The notes below the pieces were generated by a model, which worked only from the letters and a program-made list of their open reading frames with translations, was not told the origin of the DNA and ran no database searches. From Catajapyx aquilonaris (Eukaryota): a stretch of DNA of 64,000 bases. Below are positions 11,501 to 24,900 of this stretch, piece after piece (the stretch's first letter is position 1; the number at the start of each line of letters is the position of its first letter). The position numbers and the translations under genes were made by a program. The stretch covers positions 1 to 64,000 of the forward strand of contig KZ538041.1 in the NCBI GenBank assembly GCA_000934665.2, read 5' to 3'.

Positions 11501-14500
11501 GCTCTGTGACCTGGGCTGGCACGGCCATGCCTCCTGGCCCTGATTTTGGGGACGGGAGGGTTCAAAGAGAGTTAGTGTAAGTCACGTCGAGTCACAGTCA
11601 CGTCACATGGGTCGCATATGCCATTCTGTTATCTGTTATTTGTGATTAATCAGACTCCACATTTTTACTTGGTCAGATGTCTGACCTTGCAAGCAGCCTT
11701 GGAAAAATCACTGACACTTCATTATTGAACTATGTGTACAGTAATTATCCTGTGTCATTCTTTCCTTCATTATTTTAGTTGTCAGTTATTAGTAGCTATG
11801 GTCCTAAAGGCTGCAAGGGATTGAGAGTAACAATTTTACCCTAAATATTTGAAGCTATGTCTGCAGTTAGGGGATTAACACACTATTTACATTCACACTG
11901 GGTACAAAAACACACTTATGAAGCGCACAAGGAAAGCATATTAAATTTTAAGGATTGTAATTCCATGCACCTGACAGGGGGAAGTAACAAAAAAAAGAAT
12001 GAATTCATTTCACAGCAACATGTAGCGAGCCTTTAACATTGAAGCGCATACCATATCACCCAATATCTCGCTCTTCCAAAGCAATATAACCCATCACCAC
12101 TGCCTGCACCACCAAATTCCCCAAAAATAAATCTACTAGTGATGCAAGTAGTCATCCATGTCCTAAGGCGTCCATGGGTTAGTAATGTCGGTAGTGGTAG
12201 GATGAGGGCCCTGCAAGAAACAGAAGTTGTGAGGTCTTTTGCTCCCTGCCGTGACTAACAAGTTGGGAACAGGACATGCACTGGCCATTCTTTATTTTCC
12301 TGTGCTGATAAGACATTCAAGAGTGCAGTGCACTAATTGCAATACTATCCTCCTGCAAATTATATGCGGCTTTTTTAAATATTTGGGGTTCACGGTTACT
12401 AATGGTGGTAGTGACATGCCAAATATGTTGGTCTGAAATTATCATGCAGTGGTTGTAACAGGTTGCAAAGTAATATTGTGCCACACGCACATGCATGGTA
12501 ATGTGTCATAATATAATGAGTGGAATTTTACGGGATCATGCAACTTCCGATTGTATTGAATAGCTTGTGTGCAGTGCCTTACATATTCATTTCCAGTAGG
12601 ATAGTATTCATCCAAAATAGTTGTGTAATATGTATTGCAGCAGCTCATGCCATGAAAACTAATTTTTGAAATGATTCAAGTGCAGTTGTCCAAACATGTC
12701 CTAAGATAGTGTACAGAAGAAACACCTTAACAAACTGAAGAAAAAATGTGCACACAAATAATTCTGTAAAGTGATAGATTCCGAATGATCAAATCAAATA
12801 GTATGTGCATAACCAGAAATTCAGAGAGAGAAGAGAGACTATTTCTACCACAACAAAACTCATCTTGACCTCTGCTTCAAAAATGCTTCATAACTCTAGA
12901 ACAGTATTGCCCTTTGGACCTATTCTGCAAAAAGAAACCGAGTCATTGTTGTTTAATTAATCTGGAAATCATTCTAGTGTGTAGTATACCATGTGTTAAG
13001 TTATTAAGCAACATCATCACATCAGAACAGACTCACACATCCACACTTTCTTCAAGCTGCCTTACCTTCCACATTGACTTCCAAGTCCTCTACGGAACCA
13101 GACACGTTATTAACGGAAAAATATGCTGATTTCCCTGCAGCAGCTGCACTCAGTCCTTGCCCACTGACCCCTATCCGATGTGGGTCAGACTGCACCATGG
13201 CCATCAGTGGTGAGCCTGAGTCAAAGTGATTATGAGTCACTGAGCAAACTCCCACCATGAGGAAGCATACCTGGCACTGGTTCCTTATTGAAAGCAACTG
13301 CAATCATATGGTCCACAGCCTCCAGGGGTACAAAGCTGACAGTGAATCTAGCACTTCCTTGCGGATGAACCTGCGTGGGCACATTGCGACCCCTGGCTGT
13401 GATGGTGATTTCCAGATTGCCTTCTCCCGCTTGAGAAGCATCCACTGTGGATGAACAAGCACATGCAGTCTGTTGGCAACAACAATTCTTTATCGAGCAC
13501 AGTACCTGTGAATTGCAGGCTCCTCCCTATGGATCCTCTAGGAACAGGACTAACTTCGACCCTCCTGGCATCATATGCCTTTGCAAGGAATGGTGTTCCT
13601 GGGACAGGTAGTCCGTTATATTCTATAAGAAGAGTGTGTGGGCCAACTTCCCTGGGAGTGAACTCAGCAGTAAAGCCACTCCTGACATTCCCAGACACTT
13701 TCACTGGGAGATCGTTGGTGGGGCCTCTGACGGAAACTGCTAACTCTGCGTTGGCAGTGCCATCCACTGCTATGTGAAACTTGGCTGTGCGATCCACTGG
13801 AATGAGCTCCAGACTGCGGAGTGTCACCGAGATGTGGCTGGTGTCTGCAACCTTCACCACAAATGGGCATCCTACATGGTACAAGAAGATTATGAGATGT
13901 GAGAAGCTTTGAATGATTGCCGGACTCTAAATAGTTTACCTGAAACTGTTTCTCCATTGAACTTGATATCTATAGTGTGTGCCTTTGGCTGTTCTGGGGT
14001 GAAAGACACTAAGCAGCGACCTCCTCCCAAAACTTGAACATGATTGGGTAGTTCACCATCATTCACAGAGATTTCCAGTTGCCCCTCTCCAGCTTGAGAT
14101 GCATCAACTGTCACAAAGAAGCATTGGCATAGTAAATGTTGCACTGTGCTTTTCTGCTACTATGACTTAACTACTGACCCCTGAATTGGCACGGCTGTCC
14201 AACAACACCGCTTCCAACGTCTGTGACACGAATGAGCCCACTGTTGTACGCCTTGGCTAGAAGAGGCCCACCAGCAAGTCGCCGACCACCAACAGTGACA
14301 TCCGCCACATACGAACCAACCTCACTGGCTGTAAACTCTATCCGGAAGACTCCACCACCTTCTTCAAGAAGTCTGTATGAGCTCGGTCTCTTTGAAGGGC
14401 TCAGCAAATGCACATCAACCGCATCCCTTGTGAATCCAGGTGCACTAACATCAAACGACACTGTCCGTCCAACTCCCACGTGCCGCACCGAATCCCCCAT

Positions 14501-17500
14501 CAGACCTGGAGGATTGGGCGACGGTGCCGGAGATGGTGAATGGGAACCAACACTGTCCCCCGCCATCACTTCCACTTGCCAAGGACTTCCTGTAACAACA
14601 ATGTGAATATGTAGCTTTTTTCAATATTACAAGTTTACATGCATAAGGGTAAGTTGGCCTTTTTCATTCTAAGGAACATGAAGTTACTTCTGTAAAATAA
14701 CTGAACCAGAAAGTGTTATTAACTTGTATAAATTATTATAACAGTAAAAAGGCCAACTAACACCACATAATAATAATATGGTTATTGATATACAGGTTGC
14801 TGTTCACAATGGCTTAAGCCCATCCCTTTCACCACGGTCGAACAGGTGCAAGAGTACCGTACCACCGAAAAAGGGAAAACCTCCAGATAAGTGTAATTAT
14901 ACGTCCATCAACCCAGGCTTCTGAGGAGTGGTGCATTGGCACCGTAGCAAATAAGCACCTTATCCCTCCAGGGCTTCCGGATCCACCTTCAATGCAGATG
15001 GGTCACGTTCCACGAATTTCGACAACCAAGTGCCACTACACAAACTCATCAAGTATTTGACACCAACTCTCTGTGAAAATATATTTCCCAGCCCGAAAAA
15101 TAAAGAGGAGTAGCCAAGCGAAGAAACGGCTTCAAAGAAGGTGAGCTGAGTCTCACGTTCATCCCTCAAGAAACGCCTGGCCAGCCAAGGAGGTCTTTTT
15201 CTCTAATTCTTATCTTGCCAACTGAAGCTTCCTTTCGAAAGGAATAAAAAAGCCTATTGGTGTATGGCAAGGGGCCAACTTATTCTCACGATGTCATGAG
15301 AATTCTCTTTATATAATAGGTCTCTAACCGCTAGAAGCATTTGTTTCAATTGATTTCAGCTGGGCTCAAATGGTGTGCCATACCGTGTACGGGCGTGTAA
15401 AAAAACGGTAGTTGACATGCTGGCGAAGAATGCCAACGGGTATGAAAAGCCTTGCTGTATAATTAGTGAATATGTAAGCATCAGTTGGTGTAACCTGTTG
15501 TAGGGGATTTACTCATTTGTACCACGGATATTTTTTTTGCTACGAAAAGCAGGTTCCCTAAACGCAAGCGCAACGGAACGTTAAGTGGCTTTAAAATATC
15601 ACTACCGGTACCAGACGTGCAAGACTTCGGCAAAGTTATTCCCCCGGATGTACGAAATTACAAAAGTAAAATATCGTGGCATAGTTAGGAGTACGTAACA
15701 TTTATACATAACGAAACATTGTAATTTTCTGAACAATTTTCCAGTGCATGTTACATCTCATTTAACGACACTTTTACTTTTGCAAGTTACTGGTGGGTAT
15801 AAAGTGTGCTTTCTACCCCGATTAATCGATCCCTTACATGTTTTTTGTTGTTGTTAAAAGCCAGTAATTTCAACGTAACTAGCGAAAGACGAAGAAAGTT
15901 ATAAAAGTAACAGTTTTTAAATGGACAAGGAAGGAACCAACTTTTAAAAAAACTAGTGAGAAAAACTCAATGTTACCATGTCCTTGACTGTACCAAAGTG
16001 TACCTTGCAGAACTTCCTTCTTAAGTACCTGACACTAAATCTACTTGATGTTATTGTTGCCACATGAATACTTCCATGATGTAATATTAAGAAGGCCGTC
16101 AACTCTCACACCATTTCAAGATGCAGTAACTTCTGGGGCCATCTCGTGGGTGTGACGTCGCGGTTAATATTCCGTTACTTGGTTATACCGAATAGCTTTG
16201 CTAATTTTTTATCAGTTCGCGCTTCCTTGACGCACGACCTTACTCTTCAAGTTTTTTTTGAAATATTAAAATGGGCTATAGATAAATACGACTTTTCTTT
16301 CATGGATCACCGTTATTCACACATTCTGGTGGTTGTCTCGTGGAATTCTTCAATGCCCGACTCTCAAGGCCTTCCGGAACACTATAGACACCATACCTGA
16401 CCACATTTATACCGATGTGACTCACGATCGCCCCCACAACACCGCCCTTTCTTTGACCTTATTGTAAGGGAAAGGTGTACATACTAAGTACCTCTCGGTA
16501 CAACGGGAAAAAATTTTGTTTTCTAATACCACCCGAGCCATTTTTGATTTTCGCCGGGTTCTTTTCACCCCTTCCCACGATCTCAATTTTTGGTGAGAGT
16601 TTAACATCCTACCAGCGTCACGCAACTCGATGCGGATTGGCTGAATAAACGGGTTCTTTCGATGCGCCTCTTGTCGCAGAAGAAAAAAGGAGGAGACCGG
16701 AAATGACTGTAATTAAAGCTAGTGCAACAATGATAGCGCTCAAGAGTAGGTCGCGTCCGGAGAGCTGTTGATCAACGACGATCTGACTGTTTCATATCAA
16801 CAATTCTTCCGATTCCACCATTGAAGTTCCTGCGCGTGTTGATTGTTGCAACAGCAGTTTTGTGGAGACAATCCATCGTCATGGAGTCAAAATTTCTAGG
16901 CAAAAGAAAACGTGATTTCCCGTCCTCGCCCTGCTTTCGTGTACGACTACGCATTGTGTACACAAAGATCACTCGAGCACGGAGCACGCCGTGTCGGTGC
17001 TGTACCACTAAACTCGATGACACCCCTCGGTTCATCTTCCGCCCTCAGGTTACCCTCAAGGTGCACTCAGAAAGGATGTAGGGAAGTAGCCCATCAACAC
17101 TTCGATACGTCCAAAGTGGGTCGTGGTTATAAACAACAGGTGACACTATGATAGGATAGACATGTAGGTTCTTCCTGCACTGTGTAACTAAATGACAAGT
17201 ACCACAAGAGATGACATGGAGGTAACGGGTTCTTTACCATCTTGGGCAATGGGCGTTGAAGTGGAAAGAACCAGGGCAATGTACTCTTTAAAATATAATT
17301 TCTCCAAAAGATTATCTCCAAAAATACAACTTACCCTTTAACTTCCTCTGTGGTACAGAATAAGGTCCGTTCTATCCCAAACCCACCATCCATCTGACCT
17401 CCCTTCTCTTGCCCTCCTGCATACCTGGGCCGAGCGGTGTTGCCACGTAGGCCAGCACCTTCCTCCAATCCCTGCCTTTTGTATATTGTACATGGTGCGG

Positions 17501-18786
17501 TGGTTCCACCTGCGCACCCCGGTGGACCGCATTCCGGGAGGGACAACACAACTGCCTCGCCTCCAATCCGATCACAATTCAGAATCACCTCCAGGGGCTG
17601 TTGAGGGGCCCGGCGGCCTCTGGGGCATTCATAAATTAATTTGGAATTTTCTTTTTTTATAGAGTCAGTCGAGCGATGCAGTTTTGCATAGGATGAAACG
17701 GCCTTATATGGTGTTGTTGAAGGACAGAGTTGCTTATAGGGTGATTTTTGCAAACGTCTCAACAGAATAATCAACAACATTTTTAAATATTTGTGCTGAT
17801 GGGAAGTACGATGTTCATTGTCACATTCAGAGTGGACCTATTAAATATTGAAATGCGGCTTTCACTTGCGTTCTAGCCTACATGTTTGTCACGACTGTGT
17901 AATTTTAATTTTTTTTGTGTATACCTGTCCGAATGTCACTCGGCTAAAACCGCCAATTCTTGTCCGGAATTATGTAGCCAAATGGAAATGCACGTTATAT
18001 ATTTTTCAAGTTATGCGATGGAGACTTTAATGCACTGACTCGATTTAAAGACAATTTTTTTTCTAATGCAATATTAAAGACCTCACGTGATCGTTCTGCA
18101 TTTTAGGTCTCCAAGTGCATGAAGAGTGAAAACCACTCAAATTGAGCGAAAAACTATTACGAATAATACAAAACGCAGTGCGCAACGTCACGGTATATAA
18201 CACCGTGTGACCCTTGACAATGTCGTCTCGTAATAATCAGACGCAGTATTGTCATGTGTGAGCATACGCAAAAATGTGTGTCACACTTTCCCAATGCGCA
18301 CTTCCTCTTCCACACCCCTTTTTGTGGCAGTTTGCGTGTCACTGTACTTGTGTTTTCTAGCATTTTAAAAATATCGAAATTCCGGTCACACTGTTATTTC
18401 CGCCATGAAGTGAAGGGTACATGTTAGACACACCTGAACCGTGTCTGTAGCAATTAAATGGCTACCTTTAGGAATTGCCGTGCCCTTCTTAATTCGATCT
18501 ATCAGTCACTCACGACTCACACACCTGGGCTACTTTTTCTGGTCTCAAGGATTCAAAAAACACTTTCATCTGGAGGTCATCCAAGTTGAACCTTTATCAA
18601 GCCCAGCTTAGTGCCCTGCATTGCGCTAAGAGTTTTTTAAATAGTGCAACATGCATGCTACGTTGTGCCAATTTCAACACACTGTGTAAACACAGTAAAT
18701 GTCCAAAAAAATGTCCCAATATACAGGGTTGCCTAATTCTTATTGAAATATCTGCAACTAATATGTGGACGTAAATAAAACTTGGC

Positions 18787-18838
<52 letters not shown>

Positions 18839-18857
18839 TTTATTATTTTTATTATTA

Positions 18858-18903
<46 letters not shown>

Positions 18904-21900
18904 GTAGCTGTTTTTCGACTGAAATATTTGACAGTTTAACAACCATGTTTAAATATAGCCACAATGAGGATATTTAATATCCGCAGGCCTCATTCAGTGT
19001 GTAATGACCTCCGATGGAAGTTACGGTCTTTGGCACCTAATCAAATTACCTCCACGACAATCCATTTTCTATGCTGGGAAGTAACGGGATGAAACCCATT
19101 TTTCTTCTGAGTTCTTTCCAACCCTTAGCTCAAGTTGGAAAAAAAAATCTTTGGTTTTCCTTTCGAATCTTCGGTGAAGTTAACGGCATGAAAAAACGAC
19201 CTCCTACTGTCAGTCATTGCTGGTTAATTACTGATTGGTCAGCCCATTTCTAGTAGCAGTAGGTGCATCGGTGTTTAGTAACATTGTTGCCTGTTTTATA
19301 ACATTATAACCGGTTTTTAAAAAATACACAAGTTTGTAACCTCAGATGTTAAAGTGAGAGAGGGAATGACCAAAATTTATCTGGTTTTCGAAGGTTCTCA
19401 AGTGGCCAAATTGTGATTTTTATGCGAAACATCACTGAAGGCAATACTTTTATTTAGATGCAGCCTCAACAAGTGGTCAACATTACACCTTACCAAATTA
19501 TTGCTCGTAAATCACACTATTACATCAGGCTTACTTTTCACAAAATGGTTTAGTTCATATTTCACTGGTAATAGTCATATTATTAAATAACGCACATAAT
19601 TATGCGAAAAGCTATAAAACACGCGCCTTGTTGTGCAGGATGTTCCTGGCAATTTGGGTCGTAAATGACGTCTTTAACGTTAACTGTGGTACTGTAACGA
19701 AAAAATAATAAATAAAGTGGGAACGACCTATAAATATTTATGGTCTTGGAAATTCCCCTGTTGGCACCGGTACGAATAACGCGACTTTCTTACTCCAGAC
19801 TACTTTACTGTACCCGTTAGTTCCTATCGTGCAATTATCTGGTCTGGGAAAGAGTAAGATCAATCATCATACGAATAATCGCACCAATTCAAAAATGAGG
19901 AGTGTAAATTGATTTGTACAACACTGTACAAGATGTACAGCCATCAGTAATCACATAACGTATACACAGTGCGAGGATTTACATAAGATTGAAAAATGAA
20001 ATACCGATGACACTACTGGCTAGTCCCACCTAATTTACATACTCTTACATAAAAAAGGAAATTAGATGAATCACGTACCAAGTTAGTGCTTTTTGCCCTG
20101 TGGTGGACAACTCAACAGTGTGCTTACAGTACTGGTATATATGGCCATGGGTGTTCTCACCTTTTGAATAACTGAGTTGGAAAATTAACTTGTATAAGCA
20201 ATTAAGTCAAGTTACAGCTATAATAAGCGGCCAAGTAATTAGTTCCTGGTAAAATTACCTCGATGAAAAGTAACTGAGACGAGGTACAGTTACGACGTTA
20301 GGCTGATTTACATGGTATAACCATGACATATTTCGAAGTTCCTTTTCTCACGTCACGTTTGATAGCAGTTAAATAGTTAATGATATAAATTATTATCGAT
20401 AGGATTATAGATTAGAATTTTGAATGATAGAGGCCTATTGACGTATAAGAAATATTGCCATATTCATAATTCTGCCAAAGTTTACAGGTATTATGATTCA
20501 CGTGCATGTCAATCACTAACTGAAAGCAAGACCGAAATCTTGAGTGACTGACAGAGAGTTTGAGAGCGTATAACCTACTTAGAGAGATCTGCACAGGCCA
20601 CACTAAGCCCTTGGGAATTTTGCTGCGGTTGCATTGGATTGCCCTTTTCGGTCACTTTTCTTCACTTTTCATTCAGACACGCAAGTTGGTTTCAGATATC
20701 TTGTGTAAAGGAAGCTAAGGAGACTATATATAATTTCTGTCGAGTATAGAAACCTTACTTGAGCAACAAACAATATGTAATATATGTATATATCAAGGTA
20801 TGTTCACAGTGCCTCATTTTCCACCAAAATGTGACTCTGATCGTTCTATTTCAAGCATGGAATCATCTCTGGTGAAGTAGAACACCATGTGTTACCTGCA
20901 GCTGAGTTGAAGCCACGAGAGTGTTGACATGCAGGAAAAGTAATTGGAAAACAATAATCCAAACAATCCTTACCTGGGACTTGCTCTCCATTGAAACGCA
21001 TTTCCACAGCATGAGGCAGAGAGTCATGGGGCACGAACGAAGCCAAAAAGCGTTGTCCTCCCAGACTCCGGACTTGGCTAGTCACCCTACCACCGTTGAC
21101 CAAGATCTCCAAATCGCCAGAACCTGCCTCCGATCCATCGACTGAAATCATAAAAGAGAAACCAGTAGAAACGGGACCTCCAGTAATCAAAACTAGTTCT
21201 TCTTTGTGGGGTGCAGTACAAGATGCACACTTACTATGAAACTCAACAGGATGACCGACAACACCGTCGGGGATTCGACCCACTCGTATGGCACTTGCGT
21301 CGTAAACGCTCACTCTGAAAACAAGAAGGAAATTGTTATAATTTACTGTGTTGTCAGCAAGATTGTCACCCAAAACAAGTTTGCTTGTAGTTTATGGCTT
21401 TGCTGTGTATTTTACTACGTACATCCATGGTGGAGTGAACTAGTGTGTCAACTTCTTTTTTCCCAATGGATCAACATACCTGTACGGTGCACCAGCCAGA
21501 CGCTGACGTCCTACATGAAGATCTATCAAGTGTTCGCCAACTTGAGTCGGAGAGTAAATAACTCGAAGGGATGAATCAGCTCCAGGTGACACCCTCGCTG
21601 GGACAGTTCGATCAGAACTATCTGTATACAGAAACATTATGAGATTAGTGTACAGTATGCTGAACCCTGGTTTTCTCCAGAGACATAGAGTAAACATGAG
21701 GAGCATAGCAAATCATTTATGAAGTGTTATATAGTTGTACAGTACGTTGCCGTTTTGCTCAGTGCTCCTCCATATGGATTTATCAATGATCACTGGCCTG
21801 TAATGCTGACGGTCACTTCATCCTGATGCAGAGGGCTTCCTTCTGGTGCACTGACGGTGAAAGTGTTGGATTGACGAACGGCAGCCACTCGTATCCCTTC

Positions 21901-24900
21901 TCCACGGACCCAAAAAGTCTCTGGGTCAGGGCTAGGCTTTTTTCCAAGTAGAGGACTGTGCAGGCGAGGATGTACTGCATCCACGTGGTCCCATGATGCA
22001 GCCGTCAGATTATGTGCTGCTGATCCTATACAATAAGGATAATTATGTCATGTTCAGCATGATACACTATCAGAAGGCGGCAGTCCTTACGTTTTTCTGA
22101 TCGCATCTCTGCTGATGTTGAAGAGGCTGCTGCGTCACCTGAAGCTATGTTTGCTATGGATTCGAGGCTACCACGAGAAAATACAGATCGAGTTTTCGAT
22201 AACACATCCCAGGAGTCACGACGTTGGACTGACCCTCCACTCATCGCCGACACTGTCAAAGGCAGATTGAATTAAATACTGTAGCTAGCATCTTAAAGAA
22301 CAATAATTTACCAACCTCGAACATTAGAAGATGTGTCCACTCCTTTGACTGATCCTCCATCTAAATGATCCACACTTTTACGAATAGAGTTGCTGCTCTT
22401 CTCTAACGATTGCCAAGAATCCCTCTTGGGAGTGGTGCTTGTCATTACTGCAATTTATGCAACCAATGAGTGAAAAACTGCAGTTAAAACTATTGATGCG
22501 ATCTTACCTCTAACGTTCGAAGATGTGTCTATGCCTCTCTGTGCAAGGTCGTCCAGACTTTTCTTTGTGGCGAAACCATTTCTTTCCACAGATTCCCAAG
22601 TGTCTCTCTGTAGGCTACTGCTTCCTGTTATCGGCACTTTCACACTCGGAGATGTCTCCATTCGAATATTTTGCCTGCTTTCTTCAGCACTACTTCGTAA
22701 GAAACTAGAGGAAGTCCTTTCCGAAGATGAGAATTGCCTCTCTTGACTTAATTGCTGCTGGCTAAAATATTGGGCTCGCATTAGTTAATTATTAAGAATG
22801 AGCATTGCAACAACGTACTGATGCTTTATGGGCGTTGGAGACACTGGTCGAGGCCCTGGTGACGGTGATGGCGATGGAGATGGTGAATATCGTCGATCAA
22901 ATGAGGGTGGGACTGGCGAGGCCACTGGTGAAGGTGAATAACGACGGTCAAGATAGTCTGCAGTCAGCAATCGGTTTGAACCAACTCGAACATCATGTTG
23001 ATTCTGGCGCGACTCTTCCATTGTGACACTTGACATTGCGCTCCGAAGATCTTCCTCTCGCCTTTGACTTCCTACAAGGAAATTCGATTGTTAGAAATGA
23101 TTTATTCATAAGGTATTCATTCACTAACTTTGAATCAGGGGACTGAGAGACTTGTCCCTGTGATTGTTGATCTTGATTGATGGAGGCGACTTTTGTGAAC
23201 GGCCTCGAATATCACCTGCGGGCACACGAAGGTTGAGATTACTCGTCTTTATGGAGGTTCGTGACCTGATCTTACTTATGGTATTCCTTTGGCGCTCCCT
23301 TTCAAGGCTGGCACTTGAATTTCTAGAAGTCTTTGGCCAAGAACTGCTTCCTCCACTGCGCTTCTCCTTACTCCTCCCCTGACCGACTCGAAGAACGAAC
23401 GGTGAATCTGCTCGAAAATGCAACCAGTCAGCAAACTCTCTTATGAGAAATTACCACCACCCACCTTTCACTTCATGTCCATTGAAGTACACAAAGATCC
23501 TGTACTTCCCAGCCTCCTGAGGAGTGAAATACACCCTGTGCAAACCTCTGGTTCCTGCACTCTCCATTCTGAGAGGAAAGGATCGTCCATGATGGGCGAT
23601 GTCAATTGCCACATGACCCAGACCACCCGATGCACGGGCATCCACCATAAAAGAGAATGGTCGTCCAGGCTCTGCACCTTCCAGATCCAACAGCTCCACT
23701 CCATTGGGATCATACACAAAGCATGGGAACGGCGAACCTTGGATGGGTTCCCCATCACAGAGCACATGCACTGCCCATTCACCACTTTCGTCTGGTTGAA
23801 ATGTGGCCGTGTAAGCTCCCGTGTCCGGATCTTGTCTGACTGGACATGGCAGGGAGTGACCGGATGGGGACAACGCAGACACCTCCAGGGATCCATCTCC
23901 TGTACCGTTGGAATTTACCTAAATAGACAACATTGTTAGTGTGACGTTCGTGTGACTTGAATATATAAGTGTTGATAAATTACCAGGACTTCGACAATGG
24001 ATCCTATAGCAGCTGGTTCTAATCCAGTGAAAGATATCTTGGATATCTCAGGAAGGACTCTGAGGTATATGGGACAGCCTTGGACAACTTCACCTTCATT
24101 TAGCACCAAGAGCTCGTGTATTCCAACATCGTGTGGTAAGAACGTGCCCTTTCCACCATTTCCAGACAAGTGCAGTCGGCTCTCAATTTTCCCACCAGGT
24201 CCTCTCACCTCAGACGTCACTTCTTTAATCATCACATCAGTGGACAGAAACTCCAGACGAAAATGAACCTTGTGATGTAAGACAGAGTCAGTCATCACCT
24301 TCTAATCCATTCAGTGACGGTCAGTGACTTACCGGCTTTCCCACTCGAATTTCCTCCTGGTCGCACGTGACATTAATCCTCTTAGCTGGAGGCCGCCTAG
24401 GCCTCACCCACTGGAAATTGGCTGCGTAGGCCATGACACCCAAATGCTCCACGTTGGGGTCTGCCATGTCTTTGGCCTTCAGAAGTGGCTCCACACCCAG
24501 CTTTTGTGCTCCGGAAATGCCTGCAAAAAAAGTGTTAACGTTTCAAACTCACTCCTGCGTTTCGGATGTTACGTTGTGTAATACCTTGATTCAGGTTGGA
24601 CTCCCAGTATTGTTGGTCTTTCTGGAGTTGTTGGAAACCAGGTATTGGACCTCCGAAGTGGCGCACCAAGTTGCATAACACCAGACCATCATTCCAGTCG
24701 GTCTGAAACAAACGATTATGTCACTGAATTCTAGTCATAACAATGGCAGAGCGTAACTAATTAAGATGGTCAATGACTGTGCATGGGATCGTCCATAAAG
24801 TCTCGTTATAGTTGGGGGGAGAGTTGATGGCAGAGTGACGGACCGTGACTTGGGGGTGACGTTGCTTCTCGGAAGTCGTAATATGCCACAAATCGTCTTT

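Noticed and set aside
18733..18977. Poly-Ile/Asn/Leu ORFs
   Set aside because: Artefacts of the (TTA)n microsatellite; the same applies to 35437-35737.
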